In this document: positions 1-11,110 of the stretch, piece by piece | Layout of the letters: each line of letters opens with the position of its first letter | Numbering within the stretch: the first letter of the stretch is position 1 | Source of the DNA: Haliotis rubra | Lineage: Eukaryota | DNA length: 64,000 nt | Assembly (NCBI RefSeq): GCF_003918875.1 | Contig: NW_025764891.1 | Coordinates: 9,052,001-9,116,000 of the forward strand | Reading direction: 5' to 3' | Translations under genes and position numbers: made by a program | The notes under the pieces: generated by a model | What the model saw: only the letters and a program-made list of their open reading frames with translations | What the model was told of the DNA's origin: nothing | Databases searched by the model: none

Positions 1-621
1 AGGATACACTTTTGTTTCCGTGTTCGAATATCAGAATATTTTATTTGAAAATGCAAAATTTGTCTTACTCATTGGGCCGAGTGGAGCATTGCTTTATCCT
101 TTGTTCCGGATTTTTTATATTATTATATGCATGTCCTTCCACATTCATATTATAGAATAACAGATTTCACACGGAAGGTCTATGAATCAGGGACGTCAGA
201 CGAGGTCGCATCACCGGTACCGTTGCTTGGGGTTTGCGAGATGAAATGAATGGCCCCGTTCCGCAAACCGACATTCTCGCTAAGGTTGACATAAATCTAT
301 ATTAACGTATGGGAGTTATCGGGTTAGCCCTACGATCGCTTTGCTGAACGGCCCTGGTCATATTGATAACAATTTATCTTTGAACATTAGATAAACTCAT
401 GTTTCTGCGACTCATTATCTGTGGGAGTTTTTGGCTATGCTGAAATTTCAGTGACTACTAGGTCGTTTAATATGTTAATTTTGAAATGTTACGAAGGATT
501 ATGCTTCACCCTAACGTATTTTGTAACTGTTTTGGCTGATACTATTTTCCGGCATAATAATGTGTGCTTGATGACAATATCAGGTTTTCAGCTTGAAATG
601 TCTGCGGCCGTTCATGGTTAC

Positions 622-3600
622 CTGGTTCACTTTCAGCAGTCCACGTTTCATAGAAAATCCCAGTCTTGTTGTCCCACAGTGTCCACTGTGCAAATTCGTT
701 GAACATTTGACCTGGTACAGACAGAAAGAATACGTTTACTAACGGATTAATTCGCCCTGAAGATCAGGGTTTGAATGGGCCTTCAGAAACCCAAACTTGT
801 CGTAAGAGGCGACAGTTTGTTCTTTTGTTGATTAACGCTACAGTCGGCAATATTCCAGCTGTATGACAGCTGTCATAATAATCGAGTCTGGACCAGGCAA
901 TCCAGTGATCGATATCATGAGCATATCGGCACAACTGGGATACGATGCCATGTGTCAACACAGTCAGCAAGCTTGACCACCCGATCCCATTAGTCGCCTC
1001 TTACGACAAGCATGAGTTGCTGAAGACCAAGTCTAATTAGCACGGATCTTCACGGGCAACTAACGGATCAGGTGGTTAGGCTCTTTCATTTGAAAAGTGG
1101 GGCGGTGAGGTAGCCTATAGTGGTTAAAGCGTTCACTCGTCACGCCGAAGACCCGTGTTCAATTCCCCCAAATGGGTTTACATTTGTGAAGGCCCCCGCC
1201 GTGATATTGATTTAATAACGCTAAAAAGCGGCGTAAAGCCATACTCACTCACTCACTTATTGGAAAAGTCGAGGCATTTATTTGTAATAGTGGTAAGACA
1301 GGTTTTCCAAGTCTTCCATGCCCGATAAGAAACATATTGTACTCATTCTTCAAAACCTCTGATGTACCCGAGGAAGTACTGACATGCTCCTCATGTCAAC
1401 GCCGACAAAAATGTAAATCGGATGGACAAGCAGTGGACATATCTTGCGTATTATCATATTTCACCCTGCCTGTGATATAACGACTGCGGCGTTTAACAAC
1501 ATCCCTTCACTCACTCTCCATGCAGGGGCGGTGGGGTAGCCTAGTGGTTAAAGCGTGCGCTCGTCACGCCGAAGACCCGGGTTCGATTCCCTACATGGGT
1601 TAAATGTGTGAAGCCCATTTCTGGTGTCCCACGCCGTGATATTGCTGGGATATTGCTGAAAGCGGTGTAAAACCATACTCACTCACACTCCCCCTGCTTG
1701 CATACCGGTTATGTCGGCCACCTTGACCAAGGTGCCGTTTTGCGACCAGTGGATGTCGTCAATGCCGTCGTATATGCAGGTGGCGCCCTGGTTGCACCAT
1801 TCCAAGGTGTTGTTGGGCAGAACGTGGGCGAAGGTGCAGTTGAACAGCTGGAACAGCTCGTACCACTCCATGGTGTAGTTGAGGCCGGTGTTGAGGTTCT
1901 TGAACCCAAGGGCGTCGTGCATGATATGCTGAAGCAGATGTTAAGTCCATTGCTGCACTATTAGTAACACTCATAGACCTCACAAATCCTATATATGGGA
2001 TAGTACTAAGTGCAAACCTAATACTTTTTTATCGAATGAGTCCGTTCCTAGATTCAAACCCAACTCTCAGAGAGGTAGAGAACTGGAAGACCTAATCGCG
2101 TTGAGTCACAAAGCCTCTGAGAAGTGCAAAGACGCTAACTGTGCTAGTGATTAGGTGGCGCACTCTGAGAGTACGGGTTCCCAAGGGGGAATGATGTCTC
2201 AGTAGCATTATTATTGACAATTAACATATATAATTAGAACTTTAGAAAACTACCCTGATGTTATATTTGATTCAAATAATTATTTTGAAATATAGTACAT
2301 GTCTCTGTAACATTGTTATTGACAATTAACGTATACAAATAACATGATAGAAAACTGCACTGAAGTGATATTGATTCAAACCATCATTTTGCAAAATACT
2401 ATACAAAAGATTTATATAACATAGACAAAAACACACAAAACACGCTTACAACGTTTTGCCCAACCGGCACGTTTTCAAAATATCTTCAGGATGAATAGAC
2501 TAACGCTTAGTCACTGAATATATATCATTTTAATAGAAACAAATGGTTCCTTTTAAACTGAAAAGGAGCCCCAGTGAGATGGGAGACCCTAAGGAATTAT
2601 AGACTTGCTCCATTTAAGGCTTTAGCATTACAGAAAGAGCTGGGCGGACTAAGGGAGACAGGCTACAGAACGCAAAGTTGACTTAGTGCCCATTACATTA
2701 AAATGATGCATTGTACTTACAAACTTGGCAAGCAGGTCACCAAACTTGAACTCCCAGACTGGGGCCTTCAGAGCATACACCTCTATCACGTCAGTGGCCT
2801 GAAAGGTCGGCATGGTGTTGGCTTCTCGCCCTGTGGGACAGAATGGGATCACCCCAGCCTGGCAGTAAGGGTTTGTTGGGGGTCGGGACGTAAACCGCCT
2901 GAAAAACCATATATGTACCCTTAGAACACTGAGATCTTGTATCTTCTCTAAAAAGGAGTGAGTGAGTTTAGTTTTACGCCGCTTTAGCAATATTCCAGCA
3001 ACACAACGGCGGGGGACACAAGAAATGGGCTTCGGGTTTTCAACGCGATGAGCGGACGCTTAAACCATTAAGCTACCTCATTGTCTCTATCCAAATACGA
3101 GGAACGCATGCTATTACAAAGTTGTTAGATTGCACATATTTTCTTTCTGATGCATATATTGATGCTCATTCTGTTGATCACTGGATTGTCTGGTCCAGAC
3201 TCGAGTTTTACAGACCTCCGCCATAAAGCTGTCATATTGCTGTGTGCGGCGTTAAACAACAAACCAACGAGCCAACCACTCACTATTTGATGGTTGGTTG
3301 GTTTTGTTGTTTAACGCTGCTCTCAGCAATGTTCCCGCTATATGAAGGCGATCTGTAAATAATCGAGTCTGGACCAGACAATCCAGTGATCAACAGTATG
3401 AACGTCGATCTACGCAATTGGGATACGATGACATATGTTGACCAAGTCAGCGAGCCTGACAAGTATGAGTTACTGAAGATTAATTCTAGCCCGGATACAA
3501 AATTGTTAAGCGTCCAAAATCATTTACCAAAATCATTTGTTTCAGGGACAAAACTCACATTCATGAATTGGGGCGGTGAGGTATCCTAAAATGTTAAAGC

Positions 3601-3962
3601 GTTCGCTCGTCACACCGAAGACCCGGGTTCGATTCTCCACAAGGGTACAATGTGTGAAACCCTTTTTTGGTGTCCCCCGTCGTGATATTTACTGGAATAT
3701 TGCTACAAGGGGCGTAAAGCTATAGTTACTCACTCACTTCAGAGTGATGAGCCAACGCTTGGACCACTAATCTACCCCACCCGATATGACAAGATCGCTG
3801 AGGCGTACAACGTTTAATTCAAGATTTCATATTCACAGGTCTCTGTAAAACAAATCTGAAAATAGTAACAACGTCTTACCGATATGGGACTGGCCATTCT
3901 GTTGCTGATGTTATTCCAATGACAACGAGAAATATCAACACAAGCCTATCGACCGCAGCCAT
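622..3962 (-). CDS. CLN5: CLN5 orthologue (copy 1), exons 1-4; last exon lies beyond the left edge of the window
   Basis: GT-AG exons 3962-3880, 2898-2721, 1928-1706 and 711-622 join in frame: [41 protein letters not shown]...FCPTG...[50 protein letters not shown]...WCNQGATC...[24 protein letters not shown]. This closely matches human CLN5 motifs ([58 protein letters not shown]). Signal peptide present. Confidence 0.95.
1525..1690 (+). mobile_element. tRNA-derived SINE, family A (about 160 bp)
   Basis: GGGGCGGTGGGGTAGCCTAGTGGTTAAAGCG (A box)...GGTTCGATTCCC (B box)...GATATTGCTGG.ATATTGCT.AAAGCGG.GTAAAAC, then (ACTC)n tail. Other copies at about 1098-1257, 2957-3080, 3570-3737, 8495-8595, 16590-16705, 19243-19405, 22166-22472, 29161-29310, 31323-31425, 51476-51638 and 57786-57935. 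Confidence 0.9.
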
Positions 3963-4009
3963 TTTGAAGGTCTGGTGTAGATTTCGTGACCCTCATGATC
4001 AAATGACAA

Positions 4010-4055
4010 CACGTGCTTGTAAGCTTCCATGGGCTACTTTAGCGATAGACACGTG
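4010..4055. promoter_or_regulatory. Two CACGTG E-boxes upstream of CLN5 copy 1
   Basis: CACGTG at 4010-4015 and 4050-4055, about 50-90 bp upstream of the ATG at 3962. Confidence 0.4.
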
Positions 4056-4358
4056 AGATCGGATACAGGCCAGGGGTCAAAGGTTTTCGGATACAATAAA
4101 TAAACACACCCGCCGTCTACATAGATAAAGAGCGTTGTGATCACACTGTAATTAAGTTGCTAGGTATACCAGTTTTCTATTCAGGGTTTAAAAGCAACGG
4201 CAATGACAACGAGCAACGTTGTTTGAAGCGATACTGCGAGATAATGCGATATCATGCTATATTTATAACCTACCAACTATTCACATATATACGTTAAGGA
4301 GAGCCCTCCTATATATACTACCCATCAATAGTTTAGACTCTCTTTAAACACTCACTAT

Positions 4359-4724
4359 AGTCTGTTTGCAGTGAAAACGTACCGATGAATTTCACTTTAA
4401 ACAAGAAAGTAAATCGAATAAAGTGAAATTAAGATTGCGAATCCTCATAATTTTACCTTGCCAACTGAACATTTAAATATCAGAATTTTATTAAACTTAG
4501 GATAAAAGTTGTTTAACGAACGATCATAGTTTCAAATCGTTTTTATTGGTTTGCATTGTAAGGGCGTTAAACAAATTTTATCCTAAGATGAATAAAATTC
4601 TGAGATTCAAATGTTCAATTGGCAAGGTAAAATTATGAGGAGTCGCAGTGTTAATTTCACTTTATTTGATTTACTTGTTTGTTTAAAGTGAAATTCATCG
4701 GTACGTTTTCACTGCAAACAGACT
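4359..4724. mobile_element. Foldback MITE with about 160-bp inverted arms
   Basis: 4359-4518 is the near-perfect reverse complement of 4565-4724 (AGTCTGTTTGCAGTGAAAACGTACCGATG...CATCGGTACGTTTTCACTGCAAACAGACT). Confidence 0.8.
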
Positions 4725-5309
4725 TTTTATGTTATGTATATATATATGGTTACATCGAAGATGAATTTCTCCACTAACTTGGGGGAACCAACTGTAAACG
4801 TTATGCAGATAAATCACACAAGAATCATGCATCCAAATGCTGTAAAGCATGCGCAAAACATCGTGCATGTGAACAGCTGCGTTTTGGTGTAAAGGTTTGG
4901 TAGGAATTCGCCAATTTCACTGAGTTTCATCATTTATTGAACTCATAACAGTAAACTTTTCAACGTTACGAATTTGTTTAACAATACGTCAGTTCATGTG
5001 TGAACAGTACCCTTAAACAGTATGGAGTATTTTGCAAAATCTAGTTGATTGAAGTAAGCGAGTCTAAACCTTTGATGGGTAGTATAGATAGCCTTGCTTT
5101 GCGTTGTAGGTCGTTATGGCATGACAAAAACACAGATGCTACCTCGCATGTTTATATAAAGCCTGATAAACATCATTATAACTTGCCCGCTTATGAATTC
5201 GTATTTTCGTCCATTATTTATAATTGAGAAACATTTGTATCAACATGTCCAGGTACCAGTGACAGTTGTATGAAGCATCTGGTAAACACTGGTATCAGTT
5301 CTTTCACGT

Positions 5310-5775
5310 GATCTAAAGTGAATCATATCATATGTGATTTTCATCTTACGCCTTATTTTCCTCTGCACATGGGATTCGTGACTGGGATGCTGTGATCTAA
5401 GGAGAATCAGATGTCAATTTGATGGAAGCCGTTATTTTCCTCTGCACATGGGATTCAAGACTGGATGCGGTTGACCTAAGGTGAATCAAATGTGAATTTG
5501 ATGGAAGCCGTTATTTTCCTGTGCACATGGGATTCATGACTGGAATGCTGTGATCTAAGGTGAATCAGATGTGAATTTGATGGAAGCCGTTATTTTCCTG
5601 TGCACATGGGATTCAAGACTGGATGCGGTTGATCTAACGGTTAATCAGATGTGAATTTGATTGGAGCCGCTGTTTTCCTGTGCACATGGGATTCAAGACT
5701 GGATGCGGTTGATCTAACGGTGAATCAGATGTGAATTTGATTGGATCCGCTATTTCCCCCTGAACCTGGGATTTA
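5310..5775. repeat. 79-bp tandem repeat, 5-6 copies
   Basis: GCCGTTATTTTCCT.TGCACATGGGATTC recurs at 5428, 5507 and 5586. Confidence 0.85.
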
Positions 5776-6003
5776 CGACTGTGATGAGTCGAGCCGATTC
5801 GACGTTCAGAAAAGCACCCCTCTGTCATGCGAAGGCCTTCCGATCGTGCTTTTGAGTCCCGATGGGTTCTTGTCATCACCAAAACCTTGGTCTCTGGTTT
5901 CACGAAACGGGTCATCTTCTAACACCTGCGTGCACTCCGGGTCCTCCAGCCACATTGTGCTGACATCCCTGATGTAACTAACATGCAGTATGTAGCAATG
6001 TTA

Positions 6004-6241
6004 GTGAGTGAATGAGTTTAGTTTTACGCCGTACCCTGCAATATTCCAGCTATATGGGGGCGGTCTGTAAATAATCGAGTCTGGACCAGACAATCCAGTG
6101 ACCAACAGCATGAGCATCGATCTACGCAAACGGGATACGATGATATGTGTCAACCAAGTCAGCGAGTCTGACCACCCGACCCGATCGATTACGACAAGCA
6201 TGGGTTACTGAAGATCAATTCTAACCCGGATCTTCACGGGT
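6004..6241 (-). mobile_element. SINE-like retroposon, family B (about 250 bp, no tRNA head)
   Basis: Family consensus head GACCCGTGAAGATCCGGGTTAGAA...CTTGTCGTAAGAGGCGACTAACGGG; 3' end GCTGGAATATTGC...GGCGTAAAAC(ACTC)n shared with family A; this copy has TSD TGTAGCAATGTTA. Other copies at about 830-1056, 3305-3495, 19611-19854, 21786-22026, 29575-29820, 31090-31266, 38997-39231, 41888-42123 and 63520-63763. Confidence 0.88.
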
Positions 6242-6514
6242 TGTAGCAATGTTAAACCAAACTCACTCATTCATGATCTGAGACATTACCGCCAAGTCTC
6301 AACGCGGTATCAACATGCAATCGTTTCAATGACACAATTAGGAACACAATCTTGTACATGATAGGTTTTATTATCACCGAGGATGTTGACAAACAAGTGT
6401 GTATCAATCAAGAATAACATGTACACCAGAATAACGCATCTCCATATAGGGTACCACCACCAACCCACCGCCCCTCTCCATACTCACGTATAATATTAAA
6501 CCTTGAACCAAAGA

Positions 6515-6676
6515 CTGACTGAGTTTGGTTTTACGCCGCTTTTAGCAATATTCCAGCAACATCACGGCGGGGGACACCAGAAATGGGCTTCACACATGGT
6601 ACCCATGTAGGGATTCGAACCCGGGTCTTCGGCGTGACGAGCCAACGCTTTAACCACTAGGCTACCCCACCGCCCC
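6515..6676 (-). mobile_element. Family A SINE, full length with TSD
   Basis: Near-consensus copy flanked by the 12-bp direct repeat TTGAACCAAAGA (6503-6514 and 6677-6688). Confidence 0.92.
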
Positions 6677-6879
6677 TTGAACCAAAGAAAGCACATACGA
6701 ACATAACAGATGATGAGATAACAAAAACATGTTACAGGTCCGAATAATGATCAACTCTTTGATATTACATCATATCACCCAAAACGATTCTGTAGTGAAT
6801 TAACAGTTACGTTGTCTCAGACGAGTACATTGAGATGAAATTATAACATAATATCCACTCGACCACCCAAGCGGTCGCT

Positions 6880-9800
6880 TTATGGGAAATAGAGAGCTAG
6901 TTGTATAATGCTAAAAAACGGTTTAACAAGAGGTGCAAACCAATATTCGGAGTTGATATGAATGTATAAACCTCCGTGAGTTTCGGCATAAGTCTGCGCA
7001 ATTAGCATATTTGTCGCCGAATTGAATCCACCAAATGTGTTGTTAAATAGGCGGTAGTAGTCAGTGATGTTCTTGGCCAACGATTCATCCCGCCCCGAGC
7101 CGAAGATTACCGAAGAGTTTCCGAGAAACGTCGGTTCTGGTCCTCGGCTGGCCATCATTGTGTAGTTTGCCTTGGCGCCCTTCACGAATGTCACTCCTAT
7201 ATCCGCCATTGCGTGGTAGGTTCTGTTTATGAAACTACCACAGTCGTTGGAACGAAACCAGAATGTTGAACCTTTAAATAGTACAATGATGTCTGACATT
7301 TTGTCCCAGAAATAACGTTATCTTATTATGAAATATAAACATCTAGAAAACAAAGCCAAATGGAGCCCCGAACAATCCCTAATCTAAGGAGGCAATCTAT
7401 ACTTGCCAAATCATGCTAGACTTGAGTATGACTCCTGTTTAATACATTCTCTAGTGTCTGGGAAACAAACTAGCCTCCAGCAGGATCAGTGATTCACTTG
7501 ATGTCTGGCATGATATGTATTAATTGCATAGATCGATGCTATTGTCAGAAATTGAAGGTCTGGTCCACTCCATAATTTACAGCAAACACACAGCTGGAAT
7601 ATCCGAACCCGGGTCTTCGGCGTGATGAGCGAACGCTTCAACCACTAGGCTAACCCACCGCCCCGGAATATTGCTGATTGAGGACATACCAAAGAAACTT
7701 TGTACGAGACTTGACATCACTTTAGTGTATTAACAGGAGTAATCACCGTGTATTAGATCTATACCCAAAGAACTTATTTAAGCACCACTGATATAGCGCA
7801 CGATTGAATGAGCCCAGATCTTAACCCTTTGGAACATATATGGGACATGACAACAAAGGGATCCTTCTGTACCGAACCTGGCCCAACTGGAAGCTGCTTT
7901 ACACGAGGAATGGCGTATACTGCCCTTTCGGAGGAACAGAAGGCGGGGTATGAGGAGGAGAGTCATATAGTCACATGGAGATTACACTCGGTATTGACCT
8001 TAAATCGTGTAAGACAAGCAAAATGAGCAACATTAAACATTCCAGGGTCATACTTGTACAGACATGATTTTGTATGAAAATCGGTGTTTTTCAAAACGAG
8101 CAATTATCAGACAGGGGGTGCTTAATTAAATTCTTTGTGTATATATTATGAATGAGCATACAAAGATTCTACCGAAAGCCACCCATGCCTGATTTTCGAG
8201 AAGATCCTTACCTGAAGTGTCAAGGATAGTGCTGCCTCCACAGTCAATGTTTGTATCATTTTCATGCTGTAACCAGCCAGCATACTTGTTAAACTGGTTC
8301 CCTGAAACGACCAATAACATTTGACAGTAATTTTCCAGGATAACGATCAGTGAAGATCCGGATTTGAGTTGTTTTCAGCAACCCATGCTTGTCGTTAGAA
8401 GCGACTAACGTGTGGTCAGGCTCGCTGACTTGGTTGGCACATGTCATCGTATTCCAATTGCGTATCTGTTCCTACCAGTCATGTTTGCTGTGACTGACTG
8501 ACTGAGTTTGGTTTTACGCCGGTTTTAGCAATATTCCAGCAATATCACGGCGGCGGACACCAGAAATGGGCTTCACTCATTGTACCCTTGTGGGCATGTT
8601 TGCTATGAGAGACATCTGTCACTTCTATCTGTTCTTACCTGTCCTGTTTGTTATGAGAGACATCTGTCACTTCTATCTAGCCCTACCTGTCCTGTTTGTT
8701 ATGAGAGACATCTGTCACTTCTATCTAGCCCTACCTGTCATGCTTGCTATGAGAGACATCTGTCACTGCTATCTGTTCCTACCTGTCATGTTTGCTATGA
8801 GAGACGTATGTCACTTCTATCTGTTCCTACCTGTCACGTTTACTATGAGAGACATATGTCACTTCTATCTATCCCTACCTGTCATGTTTGCCATGACAGA
8901 CATCTGTCACTTCTATCTGTTCCTACCTGTCTTGTTTCGCTATGAGAGACATCTGTCACTACTATCTGTTCCTACCTGTCATGTTTGCTATGAGAGACAT
9001 CTGTCACTTCTATCTGTTCCTACCTGTCATGTTTACTATGAGAGACATCTGTCACTACTATCTGTTCCTACCTGTCATGTTTGCTATGAGAGACATCTGT
9101 CCGTTGTTCTCGGGCAGGAACTTGTCGCTTATTGCATCAGTGACGCAGAAGCCGCCTTGATTGCACCAGAGAAGACTGTCGTCTTCGAGCACTCTCGCGA
9201 ATGAACATTGACTGATGAGGTACAAACCGTACCAGTCAACGGTGTAGTTGGTGTTGGTGTTGACGTTACGGAAACCTACGGCCACGTGCTTCGGAAACTG
9301 CCAAAGACAAAATATGCAATTTTTCATTTATTCAAGCGGAACAGTTTAACATATCTTCAGTTTTGCTTTTGATAACATGGATAGAACGCCCACCCACCAG
9401 CAATGTCGCAGTGGGGTTTAAAATGATTATTTAATATTATATTGGGGGCACTAAAATGGGTTTATGTATGGGGAATTGAACGCGGATCCCCTTTAGGGAT
9501 ACAGCCGAATCCGACACATTTACCAGTCCAAAGATGGGACACATTAAAAAACCCACACTATTTGTTAATCCTCAAAATGTATGTAGATCCTAAACACTTT
9601 CCTTGTCCCATACTTTTGAAGCGTCAAGGTCTAAGCATGCTCACTACCTAATCAAATATCAGCCGTTTCCCTAGTGTTTAATCTAACCCAAATTTAACAC
9701 TGGTATTCTTACATCAGGCAAATGTAGGCTTGGCGTCAGATCGGAATACATATGGAACAGTTCCACTCGGTCATTATCGGAGAACCTCGGCATACTGATA

Positions 9801-10385
9801 CCATTTGCACAGAATGGTGGGTTGGGCTTCTCACATCTCGGATCTAACGGTGGCCGGTGAGACACTCGCCTGCAACACAGAGTGAGTGAGTGAGTGAGTG
9901 AGTGAGTGAGTGAGTGAGTGAGTGGGTGCTCTTTCAACAGTAGGCCTATTTCATTCAGAGAAATCACGAATATAATCCTGATGTTGTGCAGACAAACATG
10001 GGGTCATATTAGGGAAATAGATGTAATTCGAATGAGTAAGTTTAGTTTTCCGCCGCTTTTTTCAATATTCCCGCAATATCACGGCGGCGATGTAATTCGA
10101 ACCTTCATTACTGAATCATTGTATATTAGGGACACTCCTGTCCAAAACATGTTTTACTTGTTAAGGAAACATTTCTATACCTAAATTTTACATTTTGGAT
10201 AGAAGGGCGCCGTCCTGGCCGATGACGATAAGCTGGATAATTGCTAAGTGTTTTCGTTACACCACAAATATACAACAGAACGGCTAAAATTTCACTTACC
10301 GATGCTCAACTGGCCACTTGCGTTGTTGGGAATATACTTGTGACAGACAGATGATTGTGAGGATACCAAATATCATTGAGGACAT
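6880..10385 (-). CDS. CLN5-like paralogue copy 2, complete, 5 exons, 316 aa
   Basis: Exons 10385-10300, 9869-9713, 9297-9072, 8301-8212 and 7271-6880 total 951 nt with no internal stop and the same intron phases (2,0,1,1) as copy 1. Signal peptide MSSMIFGILTIICLSQVYS; motifs KWPVEHR, KHVAVGF..NYTVDWY, WCNQGGFC, WFRSNDCGSF, EPTFLGN, INSEYWFAP. Confidence 0.92.
7790..8130 (+). mobile_element. Tc1/mariner transposase 3' remnant
   Basis: SPDLNPLEHIWD motif (third acidic residue of the Tc1 DD34E triad) at about 7811-7846; frameshifted afterwards. Confidence 0.75.
8595..9100. repeat. 48-bp minisatellite (about 10 copies) made from the copy 2 exon 3/intron 3 junction
   Basis: Unit ATGAGAGACATCTGTCACTTCTATCTGTTCCTACCTGTCATGTTTGCT; the last unit overlaps exon 3. 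Confidence 0.92.
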
Positions 10386-11057
10386 GTTTTCGTTTTCACA
10401 ATCCAGTGTTGTGTGTGTGGAATTGTCACATTGTGAAAACATTAAATATGATTCAGTTGATGGACCTCCTGGAAACTCTTTCAAATTTGGAAATGTCATC
10501 TCAAATTAATTTTGCGAATACCTGCAGTGATTTAATTAAGTATGTTAACATGCAAGTGAAAAGGGGTTATTAATTGGTTACTGATCATATTTAGGAAGTG
10601 GTCAAATGTAACATATGTTACATTTTAAGGGGGGAAGGGACAAGAAAGAGGGAATGGTGATGATTTTAAAGGGGGTTATCCATTTTGTTCTGGGCAGGTA
10701 GGGGAGTCATCAATTTTCGGGGGTTTGGGTGGGGAGGGGGAGGGAAGGTCAGCCATTTTTCTCAATTTTGTACATAATGATATTAAACAAATGGGCTTAA
10801 AAATTATGGGAAGGGGTGGGTGGGGGTCATTTATTTTGTACATGGCATGATGGGGTGTGTGTTACTTTGTACATAAAGTTTAGAGGGGGGGGGGGTCATG
10901 AAGATTCTCCATAGCTTTCTACTTCACTTGGAGTTTGAATGATCATCATGTCCGCGCTCGTTCGGATATAACGATCTTATTTGTGTGTCGTATTAAACTA
11001 AGCGCGCCCATTCCTGATAAAAGCAAACGTATTCACTAGCAGAGGTTTCGTTAGGAA

Positions 11058-11102
11058 TCATGTGACATAAGTCACGTGATTTTGCAACCGGTGTCACGTG
11101 AC
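11058..11102. promoter_or_regulatory. Cluster of MiT/TFE E-boxes (M-box plus two CLEAR-like sites) in the COMMD6 / CLN5-copy-2 divergent promoter
   Basis: TCATGTGAC at 11058-11066, GTCACGTGAT at 11071-11080 and a perfect CLEAR GTCACGTGAC at 11093-11102, just upstream of the COMMD6 ATG and about 700 bp from the copy 2 ATG. Confidence 0.65.
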
Positions 11103-11110
11103 TAAACAAC

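Noticed and set aside
1525-1600. tRNA genes at SINE heads (also near 45905 and 59000)
   Set aside because: No complete acceptor stem, and they continue into SINE bodies with TSDs.
8566-9204. Apparent CxxC repeat protein (TCHVCYERH) on the plus strand
   Set aside because: Antisense reading of the 48-bp intronic repeat of copy 2; it starts inside a SINE.
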